The notes under the pieces are model-generated. The model worked only from the letters and a program-made list of their open reading frames with translations. It was not told the origin of the DNA and made no database searches. Below, piece after piece: positions 9,671 through 18,160 of a stretch of 64,000 nt of DNA. Every line of letters starts with the position of its first letter. The first letter of the stretch is position 1. This DNA is from an uncultured Verrucomicrobiae bacterium (GTDB lineage: Bacteria > Verrucomicrobiota > Verrucomicrobiia > Limisphaerales > Palsa-1400), in contig OY969763.1 in NCBI GenBank assembly GCA_963702845.1, positions 3,488,001 to 3,552,000 on the forward strand, in the 5' to 3' direction. Made by a program: the position numbers and the translations under genes.

Positions 9671-11134
9671 TCAACACACGTGAGCACTCGGCCCTGAGCG
9701 CAGCGTCTTTGCCGCATACAACGCCAGGGCCAGTGCCCAAAAACGATCCGCATGACCGTTCTCGCTCCGACCCGCGCTAAAACGGATGTTGCCGCTCGCC
9801 GTGATTTCTTTGCGCACACTGCGCAGGTCGGCGCGAATTACGTTTTCATTTGGAGTACGAATGGTTCGCTGCTCGAATGCGGTGCGCAATGGGTAAGCGA
9901 GTTCTTCCTTCATCTCGGCCGTGAACGTCACCGGCCCGACGCGCCATTGGGTGTAGCGCTTCAAGGCGCGTTCGGCGAATTGGCGGCCGATCCCGGTATT
10001 GTCGATGCAAACGCGTTTGACGCGGTTCCATTGCATGAGCGCGTCGAGGCCGGCTTCCTGCGACTCGAAGGTTTCCTTCTCCATCGTTTCGACCAGACGT
10101 GTGTAATAGACGTCGCCCATTTTTTCGAGGAGCCACATGACCGACAAATCTTTTTCGCGCCCGATGTCCATGCCGAGAAACCAATCGTTCTGCGATTTGT
10201 TGATCATGTCTTGCGACAGTTCCCACTTGTCTTCCGGCGGGTATTCGCAACTGGCGATCAAATCATGTGGCAAAAACGCGGTGCGAATGTCGCTCGCGAC
10301 GCACATATATTCCTGCTGGAAAAATTGTTCGTCCGGACATTGGCTCCGCTGATAATTGAAATAATCCGCCTCATCCATTTCCTGCACCGGATCCTCTTCC
10401 GGCGAATGCAATTGAATCTTGTAGAGCAACCCTTGATCGAGCGCGTCTTGGAATGTCGTTTTATGGAAACTGAATTTCTTCGGATTCCCGCCATGGACAA
10501 TTTCTTCAACGAGGTCGTTGAAATACGTGTCGCGCCCGCGTTGCGTCGAAATAATTTCCAACTTGCTCCCGCCCCACATCGTGCCGGGAAAAGCGACTCC
10601 ATAAAGTTCGCGCGCGTGCGGATGCGTTGCGAACTCATCCAAAATACGATCACCCGTTTTACCCGCCTGCGCGTTGACGCTCGAGCTCATCGAAAAAATC
10701 CGGCACCCATTCGCGAACCGCAGCACATACGCCGTATGCCCCTCGTCATCGATAACCCTGAGCCCTTCCTTCTCCGCGTAAACCTGGATCCTCTGCGCAT
10801 ACGCGTAGCAACCTTCGAGAAACATACGGGCCTGCCCTTCATTGCTGCTGCACACCCATCCGTCGGTCGTACAACCCGCCAGGCTCTTGCGTTCCACCAA
10901 CGACATTTGCGACGATTTGCTCCCGCCGATCTGGCGCGACTTCAGCCAAAGCTTCAGCCGGCTATAATCGTCGATCCAACCGCGCTGATACGGCAGCGAG
11001 ATTCTTTCTTCCGGGATAATTTTAGCCCGCCCAATGTGACGGCTCGGCACGATGATCTTTGCCGGTTCCGGCAAAATCAATCCGTTCTCTGCTTTCAAAA
11101 CTCCACTCTCTGCGTTCAAAACTGTTGCATTCAT
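9671..11134 (-). CDS. Mu-like phage terminase large subunit (gp28-like)
   Basis: LPYQ Q-motif, KSRQIG Walker A region, ILDEFA Walker B, IIST coupling motif; RNase H acidic motifs GMDIG, IDNTGIG and GHADRFWALALA. Confidence 0.9.
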   Translation of the reverse strand: MNATVLNAESGVLKAENGLILPEPAKIIVPSRHIGRAKIIPEERISLPYQRGWIDDYSRLKLWLKSRQIGGSKSSQMSLVERKSLAGCTTDGWVCSSNEGQARMFLEGCYAYAQRIQVYAEKEGLRVIDDEGHTAYVLRFANGCRIFSMSSSVNAQAGKTGDRILDEFATHPHARELYGVAFPGTMWGGSKLEIISTQRGRDTYFNDLVEEIVHGGNPKKFSFHKTTFQDALDQGLLYKIQLHSPEEDPVQEMDEADYFNYQRSQCPDEQFFQQEYMCVASDIRTAFLPHDLIASCEYPPEDKWELSQDMINKSQNDWFLGMDIGREKDLSVMWLLEKMGDVYYTRLVETMEKETFESQEAGLDALMQWNRVKRVCIDNTGIGRQFAERALKRYTQWRVGPVTFTAEMKEELAYPLRTAFEQRTIRTPNENVIRADLRSVRKEITASGNIRFSAGRSENGHADRFWALALALYAAKTLRSGPSAHVC

Positions 11135-11172
11135 AAAAATTCATATTCCTTTCATCAAATAAACAAAACTTC

Positions 11173-11259
11173 GTAGCAGCCGACGTCAGGAGGCTCTAAT
11201 TTCCCTTCATTTCGGCAACACGCCGAAACAAGTCAGAGCCCCCTGACGTCGATCGCTAC
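11173..11259. repeat. GTAG-type REP doublet between the two terminase genes; partial copy at about 40170-40197
   Basis: GTAGCAGCCGACGTCAGGAGGCTCT ... AGAGCCCCCTGACGTCGATCGCTAC, imperfect inverted pair. Confidence 0.7.
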
Positions 11260-11322
11260 CCAACTCGATTCCAACCCCCCACCCTCTTCTTCCTCATGCG
11301 AGGCCGACGTTCGGCTTCGGCC

Positions 11323-11988
11323 TTAGATCCTCATATCCCGTTTAATCCGTTCCAATTCCTCGCGCGTGATCCCGCCCCTCTGGTTCTGCTTCGACGTCGT
11401 AGTCTTCTTCGCGCGCTCCAGCGCCCGATACCGTTTCAACTCCAGCTCCGCATGCTGCGTAAACACCTCGTTCCGCAACTGCGAATTCACCGCTCGCACC
11501 AACCGGAAAAACATCCCCGGCTCCTTCTTCGCCGCCGCGAGCAACTTCTCCCCATCAAACCGTTCCAACACATCATTCAACTGCTCCGCGACCACCACAT
11601 GATTCATCAGCGCGAACCCGCTCTTCCCCCGCATCCGCCGCACCTCCTTCGCCAAATCCCCGGCCTTCTCCCGTCGTTCCACGCGCCGCTCCTTCCGCAG
11701 CACCCAATCCTGGAACCCTGTTTTCCCCCAACGCGACAACGACGACTCCGAAACCTCAAATCCCGATTTCTTAAGTTCCGCCCCGATATCCTTTAAAAGC
11801 GCCCCATCCTCAAACCGCCGATTCACCATTTCCCTCACCTTCAGCGGCAACCGCGCGACCTTGCTGACACTCCGCCTCCGCCCCGGCAAAACCGCCTCCA
11901 CGACTGGCGGCAACACCGCAATAATTTCGCTACCATCACGTGCCCCTTCTGCGACGGACAACGGACTACTAACAACTGACTCATTCAT
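11323..11988 (-). CDS. DUF3486 / Mu gp27-like protein (putative small terminase)
   Basis: SKVARLPLKVREMVNRRF...GFEVSESSLSRW HTH-like N-terminus, C-terminal GGITREELERIKRDM; directly upstream of the terminase; true start may be later. Confidence 0.75.
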   Translation of the reverse strand: MNESVVSSPLSVAEGARDGSEIIAVLPPVVEAVLPGRRRSVSKVARLPLKVREMVNRRFEDGALLKDIGAELKKSGFEVSESSLSRWGKTGFQDWVLRKERRVERREKAGDLAKEVRRMRGKSGFALMNHVVVAEQLNDVLERFDGEKLLAAAKKEPGMFFRLVRAVNSQLRNEVFTQHAELELKRYRALERAKKTTTSKQNQRGGITREELERIKRDMRI

Positions 11989-12273
11989 AAAATCACCTTT
12001 CGTTCTCTCAAATCTCCAATTTCAAACTTCAGACTTTGTAATCTGTAATTTGTAATTACTTGCCGATTGTGACATGTAGCCGCGTTTCAGTCAAAAAATG
12101 TAGGGAAACCAGGGAAAGGAGGGAAAGAAATGATATTTTTATTTGGAAAAAAATGGTGATTTTAGAGGATTGGCATGGAAGTTGATTGAGCTCTGGCGAG
12201 GTAAAGGGGGAAGTAGAAAAACATCATTGTTTGAAAAGTCATGAAGTAAGTAATTGACACTGCAACGCTCCTG

Positions 12274-13202
12274 AATCCCAACGGGATTTAAATCACTCAG
12301 CCCAGGGTTGCGAGGAACGAGCTACCCTGGGTTACGATGCAAACCAATGACCTCAACGCTGAAAGCGTTGAATCAAATGATTGATTGTACACCGTCACAA
12401 ACATCATCGTATTCTTATGTCGCAATCATTGGCGAAAATCCTCGTCCACGGCGCTTTTCCACAAAAGAACGCCGTCCCTTTCTGCGGGAAAAACCATTGC
12501 GTGACGAGTTGCACCACTACATAGGCGGCATTCTCGGAAACCTCGACTGCGTTCCGATCATCACCGGCGGCGTGGAAGACCACGTTCATTTTTTATGCGC
12601 ACTATCGCGCACGGCGCAACCTGCGGAAGTGGTCAAAGAGATCAAACGCGGTTCCTCTTTGTGGATCAAAACCAAATCTAACGACCTCCGGGATTTTGCA
12701 TGGCAAAGCGGTTACGGCATGTTTTCGATTGGATATTCCCAAATCGAATCCGCACGCAAATACATCGGCAACCAGGAAGAACATCACCGAAACATTTCGT
12801 TCCAGGACGAATTGCGCGAAATATTGAAACGGTACGACGTGCAATTCGATGAACGGTATGTTTGGGATTGAACATTTGATTCAACGCTTTCAGCGTTGAA
12901 TAAATTATTGTCCACTAACCCAGGGTAGCTCGTCCCTCGCAACCTTGGGCTGAGTGACTACAATCGCTTCGCGATAAAAGCCCACTGATTGCAACCACCA
13001 ACGATTTCCAAAGGACTCCGCAGATCGACGTGTAACCTCCAACGAATCCCAAAGGGATTCCATCACTTAGCCCAGGGTTGCGAGGAACGAGCTACCCTGG
13101 GTCACAGCCAAATAAATCAATTCAACGCTGAAAGCGTTGCATCGAATCATTGATTGTTACACGTATGCCAACACCAATGTATTGGCGTGTCGCAATCATT
13201 GG
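12274..13202. repeat. Three ~100-bp REP/REPIN-like units (12274-12392 direct, 12877-12975 inverted, 13045-13202 direct)
   Basis: Each unit has three hairpins: AATCCCAA(C/A)GGGATT, CCCAGGGTTGCGAGGAACGAGCTACCCTGGG and CAACGCTGAAAGCGTTG. Confidence 0.9.
12417..12871 (+). pseudogene. tnpA: IS200/IS605-family / REP-associated Y1 transposase (RAYT) with a 1-nt frameshift near 12445-12458
   Basis: ATG 12417 gives MSQSLAKILVH; the -1 frame continues FSTKERRP...DHVH (HUH)...FAWQSGY...KYIGNQEEHH. Confidence 0.85.
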
Positions 13203-13374
13203 ACATTCCTAAACTGCCCGCCACCAGCATACCATCCCTGCCTGCTTGCGGTTGACTGTCCACCTATAGATGTCCAGCATTAATCAACACGCGGCTAAAC
13301 TTGAACGTCGGCGAATATGTTAAAATCGGGGCAAAACAACTTCATAATCAGTGGTTAGCCGCTACGCGCAACGC

Positions 13375-13785
13375 ATGGAGATTATCGAATATACTGTGGC
13401 TGAGTTTCATGGTCCGGACGGCCAGTGTCGTGGCACTGTTGCGGATTTGATGCTCGATGCACACATGATTCCGCGGTGCGGTTTTATTCCACCGTTTCGC
13501 GTTGTTGCCGCCGTCATTCGTTCAGGAGGTTCGCGTGGCGGCATGAGCCCCGGCTGTGTCTGGCAGCCATTCGAGTTGAGCGAGGACGACTATTATCAGG
13601 CGGTTGCTCGCCTTGAGGGATTTACGCCTGTTGATCTCAAAGGTCGGCATCGCGACCCGCACATCACGGGCGAGATTCAACCGGATTATGCTGCATCTGA
13701 CACGGATGATTACCGAGTTTGGATTGACTCGTTAGTGCAGAGGGGGCATTTGCCAGGCGGCCCATTTCGAGAGGTGAGACGATGA
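13375..13785 (+). CDS. Integron cassette 1, hypothetical protein
   Basis: ORF between core site GTTAGCC (13354-13360) and an attC. Confidence 0.75.
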   Translation: MEIIEYTVAEFHGPDGQCRGTVADLMLDAHMIPRCGFIPPFRVVAAVIRSGGSRGGMSPGCVWQPFELSEDDYYQAVARLEGFTPVDLKGRHRDPHITGEIQPDYAASDTDDYRVWIDSLVQRGHLPGGPFREVRR

Positions 13786-13792
13786 CGAGGTG

Positions 13793-13891
13793 GGCTAACA
13801 AATCGCTGCAGGCAACGCGAGATGACCGCTTCAGGTCCGCTTCGCGGTTCACGCCGAGTAGTCCCGCGCGCCTGAGCTCTGAACGTTATGC
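13793..13891 (+). mobile_element. attC recombination site
   Basis: R'' GGCTAAC, L'' GCT(G)CAGGC with extrahelical G, L' GCCTGAGC, R' GTTATGC; R'' is the exact complement of the upstream GTTAGCC. Confidence 0.9.
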
Positions 13892-14322
13892 CTGAAAGTC
13901 GAATGCTGTCGGAGCGATTCCGAGAATTGCGGGGGCGTGCGGGCCTCACCATAGAAGAGGCGTCGGCAAGGATGAACGTTTCGCCGTTCCACATCGAAAC
14001 CACAGACGATGACTTTACTATCAGCTATTCTCCTGCCGACGTGCGGCGATTCTGCAAGGTCTTAGCTGCGACGCCATGCGAACTTTTCGGGGTAATTATT
14101 GCTGAGTCGCCCGTTTCGGCTCAAGAGCTGGTGTCACGTATCAATGAAGAGTGTCTCAAGCGTGGTGTCACCCTTGAGCAGTTCGAGGATGTCGTGGGCT
14201 GGCCACTGAGTCACTGCATGGACCCTCCTGAGCGACTGCTCGACCACATGACATTGGACGGACTTCAATGGCTGTGTCGCGAACTCGGCATTCACTGGCA
14301 CAGGGTTATCTTGAGCTTATGA
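13888..14322 (+). CDS. Integron cassette 2, XRE-like HTH protein (two HTH-like halves)
   Basis: FRELRGRAGLTIEEASARM and RGVTLEQFEDVVG; ATG lies inside the attC R' box. Confidence 0.7.
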   Translation: MPESRMLSERFRELRGRAGLTIEEASARMNVSPFHIETTDDDFTISYSPADVRRFCKVLAATPCELFGVIIAESPVSAQELVSRINEECLKRGVTLEQFEDVVGWPLSHCMDPPERLLDHMTLDGLQWLCRELGIHWHRVILSL

Positions 14323-14328
14323 CAACCG

Positions 14329-14385
14329 GGCATAAAAAACGTGCCGCACTCAATGCCGGGCATTCATCCCGTTTTGATTTCGACC
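14329..14385 (+). mobile_element. Degenerate 5' half of a second attC
   Basis: GGCATAAA just after the cassette-2 stop, one mismatch from the expected GGCATAAC; no 3' arm or R' follows. Confidence 0.55.
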
Positions 14386-14408
14386 TTCCACCCAGTTATA
14401 GTGTCTGT

Positions 14409-14619
14409 ATGAAGAGCTGGATTGTCGCCGACGCCGAACATCTGGGCGGAAGTCTGCGGGTGCGCGGCACGCGGCATTTCCGTCGCTTTGATCCTCGAGT
14501 GCTTGGCCGCCAACATGACCATTCCACAAATCGTGGAAGCCTATCCAAGCCTTACTGAAGGTGCCGTTCGCGGCGCCCTCGCTGAATTCGCCGAAAAACA
14601 AGAATCATTGTCTGTTTGA
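14409..14619 (+). pseudogene. DUF433 family antitoxin-like gene with +1 frameshift at about 14475
   Basis: MKSWIVADAEHLGGSLRVRGTR / ISVALILECLAANMTIPQIVEAYPSLTEGAVRGAL; no partner toxin downstream. Confidence 0.8.
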
Positions 14620-14700
14620 GTCATTTCACCTCGCTTTCCGAACCGAACTCTTTGTGTTCTTTGCGATCTCTGCGGTTAAATAAAGTTCTTCACTGCATCT

Positions 14701-14729
14701 TTGACAAAGCCGCTACTTCATTCCATAAT
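14701..14729 (+). promoter_or_regulatory. Near-consensus sigma70 promoter
   Basis: TTGACA-17 bp-CATAAT. Confidence 0.6.
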
Positions 14730-14900
14730 CATGCGCTATGAAGACAAACAGGCAGACACAACAGAAAACAAAGCGGACGCACCGACCAGCACAACTGATC
14801 GCGTTCGCCTGCCTGCGTTTGCACCCTGTAGCCCCCGCCCCATCTGCTATTTGCTATTTGCCATTTGCTTTCCCCTGCCACCGCTCAATCCCGTCGAAAA

Positions 14901-15075
14901 AGTCAGCAAAAGTCACTTGCTGTCACCTACTGCCGGCTACTGCCACCAAAAAAATATTTTTTAAAAACACCCCAAAAACCCACTTTCCTCCACGCCCGCT
15001 TGCATTTCATCACATTATGAACGCTGTTTTTTGCCCCGTTTTTGCATGCTTTTCGCGCACCTTCACGACACTCAC
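14901..15075 (+). repeat. Phased 10-bp repeat element, copy 1
   Basis: AGTCAGCAAA/AGTCACTTGC/TGTCACCTAC/TGCCGGCTAC/TGCCACCAAA, then A/T tracts and GCCCCGTTTTTG; similar to the reverse complement of 39845-40016. Confidence 0.75.
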
Positions 15076-15148
15076 CTCCAGCGTTGAATCGCAATTCTCT
15101 CGATTGCTATTCGGTCGCCATTCCGATATTTCTTGCTCGACCGTCTCT

Positions 15149-16654
15149 ATGACTCGACCCAACAAAAGCGCGTTCGTCTTCACGTACTCTCTCGTCTTGC
15201 TCGTTTGCTCGGCAATCTTTCTACAGGCTGCAACGGAAACACCGCCGCCAATTCCACGCGAGTTTCGCGGGGTTTGGGTTGCGACGGTGGCGAACATTGA
15301 TTGGCCGCTTAAGAAAGGGCTTTCCACAGCCGAACAAAAAGCTGCCATGGTCAAGATCATGGATGAAGCCGTCGCGATGCATCTCAATGCGGTCGTTCTC
15401 CAGGTGCGCTCGCAATGCGACGCCATTTATAAATCGTCTCTTGAACCGTGGTCGCCGTCGCTCACCGGCAAGATGGGACAGGCACCCAGCCCCTATTACG
15501 ATCCGCTCGACTTCGCCATCGCCGAAGCGCACAAGCGCGGGCTTGAACTGCACGCCTGGTGCAATCCATTCCGCGCCGGCATCAAAGCGTATTGCAGCAA
15601 CGCGCCCGCATCGCACGTCACGCGCAAACATCCTGAGTTCACTTTGGATTACGGCAAAATGTATTGGCTCAACCCCAACGAGCCGGCCGCGCAGGATTAT
15701 TCTTACAAAGTCGTGATGGACATCGTCCACCGCTATGACGTCGACGGCATTCACTTCGATGATTATTTTTTCCCCTACAAAGAAGAGGACGCGAACAAGA
15801 AAGAGATGCCCTTCCCTGACGAGCCGACCTACCAGCGCTACGTCGCGCGCGGCGGTAAACTCGACAAAGCCAACTGGCGCCGCGCCAATGTCGACGCCTT
15901 CGTCAAACGCGTGCACGACGGCATCAAACAACAAAAGCCGTGGGTGAAATTCGGCATCGCGCCATTCGGCATTTGGAAAAACGGCGTGCCGGTTAAAGTC
16001 AAAGCGACCGATTCCTACGACACACTTTTTGCCGACGCCCGCAAATGGATGCTCAGCGGTTGGCTCGATTACACATCGCCGCAACTTTATTGGAGGGTCG
16101 ATTATCCCGAGCGCAGCTACGCCACCTTGCTGCATTGGTGGGCGCAACAAAACACGCTCCATCGCAATGTTTGGCCCGGCCTATACGATAGTGCGGTCAA
16201 CGAACCGGATAAGGAACTCGGAGGCGTAAAAATCACGACGAACGACATCGTCCGCCAGGTCCAGATCGCGCGTAACGAACCGGGCGTGTCCGGCACCATT
16301 CATTACAGCATGGTCGCTCTTGAAAAAAATCGCGGCGGCCTCAAAGAAGCGCTCGCCCCGCTCTACGCGCAACCGGCGCTCGTGCCCGCTTCACCGTGGC
16401 TTGGGTATTCCGCAGTCAAACAACCCAGCATCAAAATCAGTCATGGCGAACACATCACGGCCAAATGGAGCGGCGGCGGTCATGTCTGGCAATGGGCCGT
16501 GCAAAAGAAAATCAACGGCAACTGGATCACCGAAATTTTCCCGGGTTCACAAACTTCGTGCGTTGTGAAGGAACCGGCCACAGCGATTGCCGTGACCGCG
16601 ATCGATCGCGTCGGGAACGCGAGCCAACCCGCAATCATTAAAAGCAATCAATGA
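15149..16654 (+). CDS. GHL10 (family 10 glycosyl hydrolase-like, YddW/DigH family), exported
   Basis: REFRGVWVATVANIDWP, GLELHAWCNP, YDVDGIHFDDYF, PQLYW; start set at MTRPNK from the signal peptide. Confidence 0.9.
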   Translation: MTRPNKSAFVFTYSLVLLVCSAIFLQAATETPPPIPREFRGVWVATVANIDWPLKKGLSTAEQKAAMVKIMDEAVAMHLNAVVLQVRSQCDAIYKSSLEPWSPSLTGKMGQAPSPYYDPLDFAIAEAHKRGLELHAWCNPFRAGIKAYCSNAPASHVTRKHPEFTLDYGKMYWLNPNEPAAQDYSYKVVMDIVHRYDVDGIHFDDYFFPYKEEDANKKEMPFPDEPTYQRYVARGGKLDKANWRRANVDAFVKRVHDGIKQQKPWVKFGIAPFGIWKNGVPVKVKATDSYDTLFADARKWMLSGWLDYTSPQLYWRVDYPERSYATLLHWWAQQNTLHRNVWPGLYDSAVNEPDKELGGVKITTNDIVRQVQIARNEPGVSGTIHYSMVALEKNRGGLKEALAPLYAQPALVPASPWLGYSAVKQPSIKISHGEHITAKWSGGGHVWQWAVQKKINGNWITEIFPGSQTSCVVKEPATAIAVTAIDRVGNASQPAIIKSNQ

Positions 16655-18103
16655 AACCCAGACTAATTTTAATAGCGCTGCTTGCGCTTACCGGATGTCA
16701 CACGCCGACGCTTCCGCCCCCACCGACGGTGCAACGCGAATTTCGCGCGATGTGGATTTGCACGGTCAACAACGCCGATTGGCCATCCAAGCGCACGCTC
16801 AGCACCGACGAGCAGAAAAAAGAACTGACCGATATGCTCGATCGCGCCGCCGAGCTCAAATTCAACGCGGTCATTTTTCAGGTCCGTCCCTGTTGCGATG
16901 CGATTTACGATTCACCGATCGAACCATGGTCGCAATATCTCACCGGCAAAATCGGCCAGGCGCCCGAACCCTATTACGACCCGCTCACCTTTGCAGTTGA
17001 AGAGTCACACAAACGCGGTCTCGAACTGCACGCATGGTTTAATCCTTATCGTGTCGGCATCGGCAAACTCACCAACGAAGTTCCCGCCAAGCACGTCACA
17101 AAAACGCATCCCGAACTCGTGCACGTTTACGGCAAGCATCTCTGGCTTGATCCCGGCGAACCGGCCACGCGCGAATACTCGCTCAGTGTCATCAAAGACG
17201 TCGTCCATCGTTACGACGTCGACGGGATTCATTTCGATGACTACTTTTATCCGTACCAGGAAAAGACGAACAAAGACGACAAAGTTTACATTCCCTTTCC
17301 AGACGACGTTTCGTGGAAAAACTATCAAGAGCAACGGCGGCACACTTGGACGCGAAGATTGGCGTCGCGATAACGTGAACAAATTTGTTCAAGAATGCGC
17401 TAGCGCAATTAAGGCCGACAAACCCTGGGTCAAATTCGGCATCAGCCCATTTGGCATTTGGCAGCCCGGTTACCCCAAACAAATCAAAGGCCTCAATTCC
17501 TACGCATCATTGTATTGCGATTCGCGCATGTGGTTGAGCAACGGAATGGTCGATTACCTCAATCCGCAACTCTATTGGCGCATCGATAAAAAAGAACAAA
17601 GTTTCCCGGTGCTCCTGAAGTGGTGGACCGAACAAAATCCGCAAGGCCGACATCTTTGGCCGGGCATGATCGTCAAAGGCCCCACCGAACTGACAAACCA
17701 GATCGCCGTCACCCGCGCTCAACCTGGAACAACGGGCCACGTCATCTTTAAAGCCACCAGCGTGGTCAACAGCACCAATGGCGTCGACGCCGCTTTGGCG
17801 GAAGCTTACACAGTCCCTGCCCTCATCCCCACGACTCCCTGGCTCGGGACCAACACGCCAGCCGCCACCGAACTGTCGCTCAAACGCAAACGTTACGAAG
17901 TTAAACTCGCATGGAAACCGCTCGATGACGCCCGCTGGTGGCTGGTTCAGCAACAGCTCGGCTCGAATTGGACCACCGAAATTTTGCCCGGCTCCGAAAC
18001 CAATTACGTCATCAAAGCGACCAATTCCGCCGCGTTGCCCGAGCACGTTTATATTTCAGCCGTTAATCGCCTCGGCAACATTGGCGGTTACGCGGCGAAA
18101 TAA
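16651..18103 (+). pseudogene. Second GHL10 paralogue (lipoprotein) split by a +1 frameshift at about 17327
   Basis: LALTGC lipobox; N-half in ORF 16651-17373, C-half (SNGGTLGREDWRRDNV...) in ORF 16898-18103; collinear with the upstream paralogue. Confidence 0.85.
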
Positions 18104-18160
18104 CGCGCGTTTGTTGACTTAATATTTGCATCACGCGCTGAGTAAGGTTTCACTAACGGC

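Noticed and set aside
9752..11176. Long antisense ORFs (also 1510-2562, 38224-39513, 40690-42000 and others)
   Set aside because: They are shadows of well-supported opposite-strand genes in GC-rich DNA and have no recognisable motifs.
12274..13202. CRISPR or tRNA interpretation of the hairpin repeats
   Set aside because: Mixed orientation, irregular spacing and an enclosed Y1 transposase fit REP elements.
9671..14619. Complete prophage
   Set aside because: No portal, capsid, tail, lysis, integrase or Mu transposase genes are present.
14738..15148. 137-aa N-terminal extension of the GHL10 ORF
   Set aside because: It translates DNA repeat tracts and precedes a normal signal peptide at 15149. 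Probably non-coding, although the frame is open from just after the promoter.
17320..17335. Programmed frameshift in GHL10 paralogue 2
   Set aside because: No convincing slippery site or stimulatory structure; mutation or sequencing error is simpler.
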